This document shows, piece by piece, positions 13,999 to 26,960 of a stretch of 64,000 bases of DNA; the first letter of the stretch is position 1; every line of letters begins with the position of its first letter. A model generated the notes under the pieces. That model saw only the letters and a program-made list of their open reading frames with translations. It was not told the DNA's origin and searched no databases. Where the stretch lies: the NCBI RefSeq assembly GCF_009914755.1, contig NC_060927.1; one strand, written 5' to 3'. Both the position numbers and the translations under genes were made by a program. This DNA is from the human T2T-CHM13v2.0 reference genome, Homo sapiens.

Positions 13999-14345
13999 TG
14001 TATTAGTCTATTTTCATGCTGCTGATAAAGACATACCTGAGACTGGGAAGAAAAAGAGGTTTAATTGGACTTAACAGTTCCACGTAGCTGGGGAGGCCTC
14101 AGAATCATGGCGAAGGTGAAAGGCTCTTCTTACATGGTGGCGGAAAGAGAAAATGAGGAAGTTGCAAAAGGGGAAACCCATGATAAAACCATCAGAGCTC
14201 ATGAGACTTATTCACTATCACAATAACAGTATGGGGGAAACTGGCCCCATGATTCAGATTATCTCAGGGTAATTATGGGAGTGGGAATTATAGGAGTACA
14301 GTTCAACATGAGATTTGGTTGGGGACACAGAGCCAAACCATATCA
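13999..14345 (-). mobile_element. THE1 (B/C-like) LTR
   Basis: tgtattagtc...gctgctgataaagacatacctgagactggg...ggggacacagagccaaaccatatca. Confidence 0.9.
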
Positions 14346-17300
14346 GATGTTAAGCAGAAAGAACTTGTTTTAATAATTCAAGGTTTCAATAAATCTTATT
14401 CCAAGTTTGTATAAAAGTTGGAGAGATGACTTTCTTAATTTCCAACCACTCACTTTTTGGTGGTTATCTAAATTTTACAGTTGCAAACAGTAAACATAGA
14501 AGTTTAATAAAATCTAAATAAGCAGCAGACTCTTTCATCTTACTCAGAACCAGATAGCATAAATACCAGACTTGATAATGAGAAAAGATAAAGATCTGCT
14601 ACTATGCTATCTTGAAAGATAGTTTTAGATATTTGTGATAAATGGTTATAGGGAAAATGCATACTGTGTCATCGGTTGCATAATACCAAAGCTGTACCTT
14701 AAAAAACTTTGAAATAGGTATTTTTTACATTAAAACAAAATCAGTTATCATCAGTAACTCTTTATGTACTGTAAACATTTATTGTGCTCAAGAAAAAACA
14801 GATGGTTTGCACTTAAAAAACTTACAAACTGAAGAAAACAAGGACAGTGTGATTTATGAGTGTGTACTTGTATATCTTTCATAAGGTTCCATTCCTGGTG
14901 GGCATGTAATTTGGCACAATGCTTTCGTTCTTCGGAACGCAAATTTGCAATATGTGCCAAGAGTTTTGGAAATGTCCTTACCATTTGAATCAAAACTTTT
15001 AACTTCTAGGAATTTGCCTTAAGAAAGATGTAAAATGCGTTCATCATCATGTTAGATATGAATGAAAAATTTTAAAAAATCTGAACAAATAAGTATAAGA
15101 AAATGGCTAACATACTATATCCAATTATGTTACTATAGTATAGTAACTATAGTATATCCAAGGTGTGGGCTATTTTGCAATCAATAACATGATGTTAAAA
15201 ATGTATATCTGCTATCTTGGGGGAACATATTACATTAACTGAAAAAGAAGAACTATTTTCTTAAAAATTTGATTTATTAATATATAATATGCATATACAC
15301 CTCTATACTTCTATGATAACACTGATTAAAATGTACTATGTTTTCCTTTTTATTTATGCATGTTCCCCACTACACCAAACAAATCCAAGGGAAAGGATTG
15401 TGTCATTCACTAGTGTAGTGTCCTTATTGTGCATAATGCTCGGTATGTTGTAGATAAACTGTAACTTCTTTTGAGTAAATAAGAAAGATGAGAGAAAATC
15501 TGGTGGTCTTTGTATAATGGAATTATACTTTTTTTACATTTACATTTTATATTTTATTTAGTACTTTCTTATTTATATAATCAGAACAGACAATTTAAAA
15601 AGTAATAGTAAATTTATATATTGAAAAAGAGAGATGGCATCTTTTTTCCAAAACTGCTGGCTTAGGTATATAGTGTTGAAATGGTTCTTTCTAATTTAGC
15701 TCTAGTTTAAATAACCCTCTCTTAATGGGCCAGCCTACAAGATCATATCTGTTGCATGGCTTCCTTTCTACCCCATGGTATTCTTTTACAGAATGAAGTA
15801 TCCAACAGTGCAATGCTGAATCATTATTAGCTCTAATTTGGGAAATCGAGCCTTGAAGTAATAAGTGTTTGGGGTCTGATTCTGTGAATGCTACTCACTC
15901 TCAGCTTTCCTTTCATCAAAGGAGCTTGTCTTCATTTGCAAACATTTCTTTTCTCTTCAAAACATCTTTCACAGTGCCTTTGCCAGGTAAATACATTCCT
16001 TCCTGAAATATTAAATCAATACATCAAATTAATTGCCGCGAGTTTTGAGACCTGACACCAAAAGAGAATACACAGCCTCTAGCTCAATTCAGAGGTCACT
16101 ATGCTGAATTGCTTTCACAATCTTTGAATTATGCATTTGAAATGTTTGCTGCTGTATCTTGATTGGAATGTATTTTTTAGTGTGAAAATAATTGACAGGA
16201 ATTAGTGTTTTTTTCCTTTTCAAAGAAAAATTCAGGATCACATGGAAGCCTCTTGCATGATTAGCAAACAAGACACACCTTCCAGATTTATTTACTTCAA
16301 TCAATAGATTGCAAATGTCCTAATGTAACTTGAATACGTCATCTGTGCTTGGTTGCCAAGAAGATAATCTGACTCTTGGTTTTATTTCCTCAACCATATC
16401 CTTCACTGAGAATCTGGAGAAAATCCCTCAACATTTTCATCAAAGGGATGTTTGATGTAGAAAATCTTAGCTACAAGAAAACCAAGGATCCAATACAATA
16501 AAGGAGAGTTTCTATTTGCACGTGTTATGAAACTTCAGCCCACTGTTTTCTTACCTAGCTAATCTTATGCTTTAATGTCCAAGCTTGTATAGAATTCAAA
16601 AAGTGATCAGGAATTAGCCTATAGGATGCTTTTGTAAAAATTAGAAAAAGGTACTCCTGGTGGACAAATCAGTTAGGAAAAAGAATCTCCTTGAGTGGAT
16701 CCTGGGGTGCAAGGTTAGTCACTGGCACACTGTTTCCCGTTTGGCTTAGATTCTTTGTGAAATGCACAAATGCCCAACCTGGGATAGCAGCTCTTGGGTA
16801 AAGGATGAGTGTATGAGAATTGTATGAAGCATCTGAGAGGTATGGTATGAAAGATGCCCTGTAGCACCTGGGAACACATCCAAATCTCAATTGGCATGGG
16901 TCACGTGTAGCTACAGGTCTCAGAAATAGTTCTTGGCCATTTCAGAGAATACTATTCATGCTGTTGCCAAATTCAAAGCATGAGGAACAGCTGATTTTTA
17001 TATATTGCTGATGTTTGACACATAAAATGGCAATTTTCTATGATTCAACCTAAATAAGTCCCCTATTAGTAGTGCTTGGCCATTTTCTAATGTTTTGATT
17101 AAAATGCTACTTGTCTCTTATCCCTACACCTCAATGTCTTGATATTCCTCCCCCCCCCCACCCCACTACATAAATTGAGCTGTTATCTTAAATGGCAGCC
17201 ATCTCTGTCTGGAGCTGTTAATTCTTGATACTGTTGAAAATAACTTTGATTTGATCTTATTGCTACTGTCAGCACACTGAGTGGGTGCCAGTTTCAGGAC

Positions 17301-17818
17301 ACAATAGTAGGTGAGGGACTTTTTAATCAGTGAAAAGTTTGTAGCAGAAGAGTCACTAGTATTATTTGTTAAATCTACCTAGAAACATGAAACAATTGGA
17401 ATAATTACTGGACAAATATTTTACAAAAATGCATGTAGTGTTTTTATAGGTTATAATGCTTACAGTGAGCTTCAAGAAACTCTAGAACTTATGCTTCTGT
17501 GCTTTGCTGCTTTGTTTATTATAGGGAAAGAAAAGAAGATAGGAAGGAAGGAAAGAAGTTAAATATTCTTTCATGAATGGATAAACTGTTAGAGTTTATC
17601 CTACAGTTGAGTAGTTCAATTGGAGCAAATAGATGTACAGCAGATCCTTGAATAATATTGTTTCATTCAAGTCATTTATTATAACATTGATGAGAAAAAA
17701 ACATCAGTTCCCAGCCTGGGCCACTGTCTGTGTGGAGTTGGCTTGTTCTCTTGTGTGGATTTTCTCTGGGTACTCTGGTTTCCTCTCACGTGTCAAAGAT
17801 GTACACGCTAGGTAATTT

Positions 17819-18896
17819 TGTGTCTGGAATTGGTGGGTTCTTGGTCTCACTGACTTCAAGAATGAAGCCATGGACCCTCGCGGTGAGTGTTACAGTTCTT
17901 AAAGGCGGCGTGTCTGGAGTTTGTTCCTTCTGATGTTCGGATGTGTTCGGAGTTTCTGCTTTCTGGTGGGTTCGTGGTCTCACTGGCTCAGGAGTGAAGC
18001 TGCAGACCTTCGCGGTGAGTGTTAAAGCTCATAAAGGCAGTGTGGAGCCAAAGAGTGAGCAGCAGCAAGATTTATTGCAAAGAGCAAAAGAACAAAGCTT
18101 CCACAGTGTGGAAGGGGACCCCAGCAGGTTGCCACTGCTGGCACCGGCAGCCTGCTTTTATTCTCTTATCTGGCCCCACTCACATCCTGCTGATTGGTAG
18201 GGCCCAGTGGTCTGTTTTGACAGGGCGCTGTTTGGTGCGTTCACAATCCCTGCGCTAGACACAAAGGTTCTCCACGTCCCTACCAGACTCAGGAGCCCAG
18301 CTGGCTTCACTTAGTGGATCCCGCACCGGGGCTGCAGGTGGAGCTGCCTGCCAGTCCCGCGCTGTGGGCCGGCACTCCTCAGGCCTTGGGTGGTCCATGG
18401 GACTGGGCGCCGTTGAGCAGGGGGCGCCGCTCGTGGGGAGGCTCCGGCCGCACAGGAGCCCACGGAGTTGGGGGGAGGCTCAGGCATGGCAGGCTGCAGG
18501 TCCCGAGCCCTGCCCCGCGAGAAGCCAGCTAAGGCCCTGCGAGAAATTGAGCACAGCAGCTGCTGGCTCAGGTGCTAAGCCCCTCACTGCCCCAGGCGGG
18601 TGGGGCTGGCCGGCCAATCCGAGTGCGGGGTCCGCGAGCCCTCGCCCACGCGGAACTCCCGCTGGCCCGCAAGCACCGTCCGCAGGCCCGGTTCCCGCCC
18701 GCGCTTCTCCGAGCTCCACACCTTCCCGCAAGCTGAGGGAGCCGGCTCCCGGCCTTGGGCAGCCCAGAAAGGGGCTCCCACAGTGCAGCGGCGGGCTGAA
18801 GGGCTCCTCAAGTGCCGCCAAAGTAGGAGCCCAGGCAGAGGAGGCGCGGAGAGCGAGAGAGGGCCGTGAGCACTGCCAGCACGCTGTCACCGCTGA
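17819..18896 (-). mobile_element. LTR12C (ERV9) solo LTR, 1078 bp, antisense to KCNH8
   Basis: tgtgtctggaattggtgggttcttgg...ctgccagcacgctgtcaccgctga; 4-bp TSD attt (17815-17818 / 18897-18900). Confidence 0.95.
18157..18197 (-). promoter_or_regulatory. ERV9 LTR core promoter: CCAAT, GATA and AATAAA TATA-like box
   Basis: + strand ATTGG 18193-18197, CTTATC 18165-18170, TTTATT 18157-18162; LTR polyA signal TTTATT 18071-18076. Activity not shown. Confidence 0.6.
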
Positions 18897-20316
18897 ATTT
18901 GACCTGCGTACATGATCCCAGTCTGAGTGAGTGTGGGTGGGTGTGAATGCACCCTGCAATAGAATGATGTCCTGTCCAGCGTGGGTTTCTGCCTTGCACC
19001 CTGAACTTCTGGGATAGGCTCTGGCCACTCTGTGACACTGAACTGAAGTAGCTGGGTAAATAATTATCTTACTTGTTTTTATTAAACTTTGTTAAATGTA
19101 TGTATAGTTCGCGCTTATCTCAGTGTTTAGTATTAGAAGTGTTTTGGTTTTTATTTAGAAGTTTGGTGACGTTAGGAGAAATGTGCCATAGGAACTTAAC
19201 TCTTGTTTGTATCAATTAGCCTATGGTAAAATTGGTTTTATTATACCTTGCTTTGCTTAAAGTCACAGCTTCCAAAAACCTATCAATGACATTAGGTGAG
19301 ACTTACTATATAGTTATCAATGTGATAGATTTCAAAAACAAAGTTCATCGGGAGGGGGTAACTTCAAAATAATCCATATAGAATGATACAATTTATGTAA
19401 ATTTTACAAGCACATAAAAGATTTTTAAATGCTGTTTATATACACAAAAATATGATGAAAGTATAAAACAAAGGTGATTAGATTACATGTGCACTCCAGA
19501 ATTATGTGTGCCTCTGGGGCATACATATGTATCTTCTGGGGAAAGATGAGAGGGACTAAAATTGAGGAAGCAATGTTGGCTGCATCTGGAATATTATCAA
19601 ATTAGAAACAAATACGGAAATATGGTTAATATTTTTTAATTCTGGACGATAGGCCCTGAATTTTGGTCACATTACTCTCTTCAATTTTTATGTCTGAATA
19701 CTTAAGAATAACGATATAACAATGATCATCTATGTAAGTCTGTTTTACGTGGAAAATTTAAATACTAACAAATTAGTGGATTTTTCTTAAAAAATGCAGA
19801 TGCTGTTATCTTTTTAATGCCATCAGAGGGTCTCAGGCACTTCAAATTCACAGAGTTACAGCGATCTAAGGTTCTGAGTGAAAGACATCCTAGTTGAAAT
19901 GACTTGATTTTCTTAAGCAATTATTTTAGAAAAATGGCCAAAATTGAAATCAGGAAAACTGACTTTCAGCATAGATTTGATTATCCTTACTTGGAAAACA
20001 GCCATTGTGCATTTGTTTGATAAAACAGATTTCAACATAGGGCCTTGTAGTTAGAGATAATTTTTACATAATGTCATCGAATAAATGATAGTTTTATGTA
20101 TAATTCTGTGTAACTGTGTGTATATAGTTTATGAGATGGGGGAAGGCAGGCAAAAGCTTGGTGGCATAGTCTTAGACCTTTAAATAGTATATAAAAGGCT
20201 CTGCAGATTCCCTAGAGGGATTTGCAACTCCATTGCTCCACAGTACCAATAAGCAGTGCAGAATACCAGGGCTGAAAGAAACTTCATTGAAGTTGTTAGT
20301 CTCTCTTTGAATCCTG

Positions 20317-20364
20317 GAAGAAGTCTTCATTTGAGTCTTTGAAGAAGTCTTCATCTGAGTCTTC
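20317..20364. repeat. 24-bp tandem duplication (22/24 identical)
   Basis: gaagaagtcttcatttgagtcttt / gaagaagtcttcatctgagtcttc. Confidence 0.9.
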
Positions 20365-23169
20365 CTCCGTGTGGGGGTGGGTACATGCAGCTTTTTGGTT
20401 AACAACAGAGACAACAAAAATGTGGACAGTCATTATCTAGATAAATTATACACTATCTCTTCTCTTCTTACGTCATCGTGTACTGCCTCCCTTCTCCAGC
20501 CTGTTAATATGCTTAAGATGAAGGACTCCAGTGTCTTTCACGGGGAGGGAAGTAAGAAGGAAAACCCTGGTATGTACACTGCGTGGTGTATGCTTTTGAG
20601 AGTTGAAGGTGGAGTAAGAGGGCACTGGTTAAAATCTTATAATTTGTTATTCTTGTAGTATTAGGTAGAACTGTGACACTCTAACCATTTTATATGCCCT
20701 TTCCTCAGAATCTGGTAAAGGAAGATGTGGTATAAGTTTAAGATGAAACAAAGCATAAAATTATTCACTCAAGTTGCAGCCTTAGAATGGTATAGATTCC
20801 ATTAATAGACATCCATGTAGAACATGTGTAAATGAAGATATCTAAGACAAGGAAAAAAAAAGCCAAAGGAGTAGATTTTAAACACAGAAATTATTAACAC
20901 CTTTCTGTAATACTCTAGGTTTCAACATCCTATGTGCCATACATATATTATGCTAAAATATTTTAATGCCATTGTCAAAAACATCAGTTGGTTTAAAAAC
21001 CCAGTTGAACTTGACTTTATTATTCTGTTTTGACCTAATTCCTTTGGAAGTCACTTAGTTTATTTATATGTTAATGTTTTATCTGTAGTATAAAATGGTA
21101 TGAGATTGTGGGAGGTAAATACAGTTCTTATGGCCAAATTAAATGGCAATACATGTTAATGCAGCAACAAACAGCATAAGCTTTTTTGCTTTGTTTTCTT
21201 TTTGAACTTAGTATTTATAAATCCCCTAGGAAGAACCACTTGATAGGAGGTCACAGGTAGCATCTGTAGATGTTTTTAATTGGTGTTTTCGTTGTTGAGT
21301 AATGGAAGAGTCTTCAGATATTATTCAGTCAGTCTGTTGTTCTCAGAGCTGCCCATGGCCTCTGTGGGAATTAGACAAAGGCATCTTTCCTCCAGTGGAC
21401 ATGGCCCAATGCTAGGGCTCATGGCTTGGTGAACGAATGCAGGCTGGATTTCAGTCCTCATAGAGCCCTTTAGCTGGGCACTCTTGTTCAAAATATGACC
21501 TACTCAAATGTTTGTGGCAGCCCTGGTGGTTGTTCTCCAAAAGCTGTGCTGGTTTATAAAACCCTCTCCTTCACATTAGTACAAGGAATACATACCTGAG
21601 TATTAAAGGGCAACTGCAGTGGGCACATGCATTGAATATTAGTGTGTTCCTTGAGTTCAGTGATTTACAGTAATCTGTACAGAGGCAAACACAAATGAAT
21701 AATTAGGGTCATGTAAATGTAGACAATGAAGACCCTGTAATTTACAGACTGAACTTGGAGCAAGTGAAAATAGCAAGACTGAGAAATCTGTGCAGTTAGT
21801 ATATTAGCTCTGATTCACTAAAGTACATGAACCACTGAGGGACCCAGAACAGAATCAAAGGCTAATGTATATGCAGGGCACACATGTGCACAAACGTGTG
21901 TATGTCTTTTGTTTCAAAGCAATTTTTATCCAAATTACATATCCATTGCTTAAGAAAAAAATGCGATTAAAGGTCCATTTTGAAACTATTGGATAAGGGA
22001 TAAATATATTTATATAAAATTTACATATGTCCTATAAATTTTATGGTAAGATATTTAGCAGTTGGATTTGGAGTATATTTCAAAATAAAGATCTTCAGAA
22101 TTCAGGGCTTGTGGGGGACACAATTCAAAAAGCATGGCAAGATAATTTCTTAGATTTTTCAAATGGCGTCAGAAGTCATCTAGGCTGTTTCTGCACCTCA
22201 TGGTAGTCTGCTTTCTGTTGCACTTGTGCAAGTCATCCATCTTAGTATTAGTTCTTTTGGTAACAGCGAGATCACCGTATTTAAGGTAGCTTGTGACCTT
22301 TTGGATAGCCTTAGTTACTAGACAGAGTTATGTTCATGCTGAGATTAAATCTTTCCCTTGTAATGTCCATCAGTGGGCTCTGCTTCTGTTTCCTGGACAA
22401 ACCTAGAATAAGAGTGCTCTCTCTTCTATGTGACAATGCTGCAGATATATGAAATGGTATAATTTCCCTGTCTCAAGACTGAGAAAATAGTAGACTAGAC
22501 AATGGTAAAACAAACTGAAAAAGAAAAAAATATCCAGGAAGTAGAGAGATTATTCCAAGTCTTTGTTTTTGCAGACACTTGCACCCCTTTATGAGAATTT
22601 ATTTGCATAGAATAATAACTTTTTATGATTTAATAACCGCATGCTGAGGAAATACATTTTGCTTTCCAAATTGTGGATGAATAACAATGCCAGAAGACCT
22701 TTTACAAAGGCAAAAGAACCAATTACTTGTCCTCCTTGTTTCTAATATTGTAGTCTCATATAAAGTAGACCGAAAAAAATAAAGCTTACTGTGATGTTAC
22801 TTCTTAGCATATGTTGGCATATGTTTATATCATAAAATACACATTTTGGGTCTTTTTCCTCAATGAGCTTTTGTTGAAAATTATAGAATTTGGTACAAGT
22901 CTTCAAGATCATTTGGAACCAAGTGTCTAGCAGTGAGCAGGAGAAGCGTATCTTACAGTTTTTTAATTCCAGAGGATGTTCCAAAATAGTAGCTTTAATT
23001 TTTACTCACACTAAAATTTTAAAGGAGCAAACCTAGAAAGTTCCCAGAAAACGTATGTAATTATTAGAATACAGGACTAACTAAGTAATTTTTGATATAT
23101 TGATTCTTACATCACGATTCAAATTGTAGTTATAAAGACAGGAATAAATAGGGAAATACTGATGATACT

Positions 23170-23600
23170 GTGTGTTTCAGTTAGGAATGCTTTCAGCCTA
23201 AAATACAAGAGAACCCAAGTATCAGTGGTTTAAACAAATAGGACTTTTTTTTTCACCTAATAAAACATCTGGCTATAGGCTTTTGCTGGCCTATTTTACT
23301 ATTAAATGATATTATCAAAAATCCAGGATTTTTTCCATCCTTTAGTTATGCCATATCCAGGCATGTCACCTCAAGGTCACAAGATAACTAGTACAGTCCT
23401 GGACACCACAATCACATTACCAGGCATGGATGAGGGGCAGAAAAGGTAGAAGAGCATAATGGCCCGGATGGTGAGAACATTTCTCTTCTCATAGCTCTCT
23501 TTTAATAGAAATGAAAATCTTTTAACCTAGATACTTTCAAACTGACTTATCCAAATATCTCATTGGACAGGACTTGTTAACTTGGCCACATAATGGCAAG
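23170..23600 (-). mobile_element. Old MaLR LTR (MLT1J/K/L-like)
   Basis: tcagttaggaatgctttcagc...cagtggtttaaacaaatagg...tctcattggacaggact. Confidence 0.55.
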
Positions 23601-23724
23601 TGAAAATATCAGTTTCACAATTATGGCTATGCTATGATAATATTTATTTAAAATATTAATGGAGAAAAATTTTAGAAACTAGTCTAGAATTATTACCAGT
23701 AGCTGAGGAAAGTAGAATGATGGA

Positions 23725-23773
<49 letters not shown>

Positions 23774-23792
23774 CCTACCTACCTATCTATCT
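23725..23792. repeat. (ATCT)12(ACCT)3(ATCT)2 tetranucleotide STR
   Basis: Direct reading. Confidence 0.95.
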
Positions 23793-24419
23793 AAGCTGTC
23801 TATCTAATCTAGTTTCCTAATGCTTTATAATGTGGCTACCTTAGTTAGATAACTAAATCATGCATTTATAATAAAATTAAATTTATTTAACCTTAAAGAT
23901 ATTAGCCTTCTACTTGACAGATTCATTGGTTTATCAAGTATCTCATTTGACATCACATCCACACAGCTATACTTAACCAAAGCAGGGAACGGAGCAGGGA
24001 AGCCATGCTGGTATCTTTATGATCATCCTTTTAGCTAGAGCATATTCAGTATCACAACCAATGCCTTCCCCAGTGTTCGTGGACTCAAAACATGATTATA
24101 TTGATTTCTTTAAAAATCTATACTGCAGATCATATTTAAACATAAAATATACTTAGTATTGGCGTGGAAACATTGTGATTAGTTTCATCTAATTTCATGA
24201 GCTCTCTCTTTACTCACTTTCCGCTTTCTTGGCTACTCTTTTCAGGCTCATTTGATGGTTTCTCCTGATTTTTTTCAACCTTTGACAGTTTAAGTTTTCT
24301 GGATTCAGTATTCAGACTTTATTTTTGCTCTGTTTTTACTTACTTTCTAAATTATCCAATTTCTGCTAACTCCAAATTTCTATCTAAGCATAGCTATCAT
24401 CCTTAAACTTCAGAAATTA

Positions 24420-24738
<319 letters not shown>

Positions 24739-25802
24739 TCAACTGCATACTTTATATCTCCTCTTGGATGCTTAATAGACTTCTTAAACAGCATATATAA
24801 GACCAAACTGTCAAAATCACCCAGACCTGCAGAGTTTTTGTTCCATCTCATAAGATACACCTCTGCCTTTCTAGTTATTAAGGCAAAAGCATTGACATCA
24901 TTCTTGAACTCCTTTTTTTTCCCTCTCCAACTGCAGTGGAATCCATAGGCAAATTTTTCAGCTCTTCTAAAAATGCCTCAGATATGACCACTTCTCACCA
25001 CCTTCATTGGTATCGCTCTGGTCCAAAATCACCTCATGTTTTTTTATGGACTGTCATGATAACCCTCTACTAGTCTTCCCAGTCTGGCTCTTGTTCTTCT
25101 ATAGCCTATCCTATTTTGTTAAGTGGAAGAAATTTAGGGTTTGAGATATTTCACACTAATTAAGATACCTCTGCTGTATCTTAATATTCAAGCTGTTTTC
25201 CTTTTGTCTGTTTGCGTTTGTCTTTTTCTTTCTTTCCTCTCTCCCTCTCTTCTTTTCTTCCTTCCTTTCATTCTGAAGATTAAAACTGTATGCAGTTTTT
25301 ACATTGTTCATTATAGTCATTAAGTTCTAGTCACTGTTCATACATAACTTCTGTATCCATAATTCATTGACTCACCACCTGTCTGAGATAGAAAGGATCT
25401 TGGAGATCATACGATTCAACTACTTCACCTTACACATGAGACAGGTAAGGTCCAGAGAGGAGAGGTGACTTGAGCATGATCATACAGTTTTTTATTGATT
25501 GAATTGAAACCCAATTCTAAGATACCTCATGTGTAGACTAGTGTTTTTCCAAAGTAGAAAATATCTACTAGATATAGTATATCTAACATGTAAACCTCCT
25601 CATGACTTAGGTCTAAAAGGTGCTCAACCCAAAATCTAATCATCAACAGAAATGAGTTTTCTCATGAAAAGACAATTTTGTAAATTGCAGATTAGGTGGC
25701 TTCCATGGTGTCATATCAACATAACTCAGATGTATTGACAACATTGCCTTGGAAAAATGTGTGTGTGTATGTGTGTCTCAGGTAATATTCAGTTATAAAA
25801 AT

Positions 25803-25837
25803 ACACACACAGACACACACACACACACACACACACA
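25803..25837. repeat. Interrupted (CA)n microsatellite
   Basis: Direct reading. Confidence 0.9.
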
Positions 25838-26779
25838 TGCTTGATAGAAGAGAAACCATTCCTGATGGAGAAAGTATACAGTTGAGTGTGCATTAATAAT
25901 TTTGTGTATAAGGGGCTCAGGTATGTGTGGCTAACAAATCACAAATAACTACAATATTGAACGTTGTAATAGTCTTAATTAAAAAATAGGCCATGATGAT
26001 AGAGAATAGTTGAGAGAGGGATCTACTTAGAGAAGATGATCAGGGAAGGACTCTGAGAAGTGTACATTTAATCCAAGACCTGAAATATGTAAAACAGGGA
26101 GAAGAAACTACACGGGCAAAAGCCTTGAAAGTGGAAAGAGCTGGGAAGAACATTCTTGAGTATAAAATACCAGGTGTGAGGAGTGAGTGAAGTTTTAGGC
26201 AGGGTATTCCAGGCCATGAAAGAGGTAGTTTAGATCTCATTCCAAGTGCAATGGAAAATCTTTAAAGAATTTAAAACAGGAGGGTGATAGTGTGATTTTT
26301 CTGCAAAGATTTCTAGGTAGTATAACCAAAAGCAGGTGTTAAATCCACATGTGGATTAGGTTAGCACCATTCCACGGTCATACCATTGACATCACTAACT
26401 AATGAAAGAGTGAGATCCCCATCACTAGGGTACTGGTGCAGAGGAGGCTGGGCAACCACTTTATGAGAATATGATAGAGGGGGATTAAAGGATTATAGGT
26501 TGGGCATGAGGTTATGTATTGACCTTTATGATCCTCTCCAAACTTTAAGCTTCCATAGTTCTATGAACTAAGCTAATTATTGAAAATGTCTTTAGGAATA
26601 AAAGAAAACCATAAGATCAAAGGGGTTATTATTCAGAAGGGAATTCCCCCTCTCCCCCTAAACCATAGAAATCAATTATATACTTATCTAGAAAGGTGTT
26701 ATCCCCCTTCCCACACTGGAGCTGCGGAATATAATCTGAACCCCCTTCCATTAGAGCAGAAGGTCTTAATTTTTTGTGT

Positions 26780-26960
26780 GATATCTCTCACTGAGTAATC
26801 TTGTTTAAAATGAAGGTCACCAGGTCCTATACCTTGGAGGTTCTGCTTCAGTAGACCTGAGGTAAGGTTTATGAAACTGCAAATGTAATAAGCAACCCAG
26901 GAGATTCCAATAGATGAGGTGGATGAAGTGAACAAGGACTGTACTTTGAGAAACCGTGGG
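26780..26960. mobile_element. MER5-type hAT DNA transposon remnant
   Basis: ttctgcttcagtagacctgagg...ataagcaacccaggagattc...actttgagaaacc. Confidence 0.6.

Larger units (their letters stand above)
17638..19308 (+). mobile_element. MER6A-like TcMar-Tigger DNA transposon (~600 bp, pieces 17638-17818 and 18897-19308) split by LTR12C
   Basis: TA|cagcagatccttgaataat... and ...aggtgagacttacta|TA termini; internal tgtgtggagtt...gggtactctggtttcctc motif characteristic of MER6. Confidence 0.8.

Noticed and set aside
13426-14074. ORFs of 64-116 aa
   Set aside because: Decayed THE1 internal sequence.
14084-14096. PRDM9 hotspot motif position in the THE1 LTR
   Set aside because: Reads CCTCCCCAGCTAC on the minus strand and mismatches CCNCCNTNNCCNC at positions 7 and 11.
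17730-19038. Long overlapping ORFs (183 aa, 182 aa and others)
   Set aside because: They lie within GC-rich LTR12C/MER6, where stops are rare. No recognisable domains.
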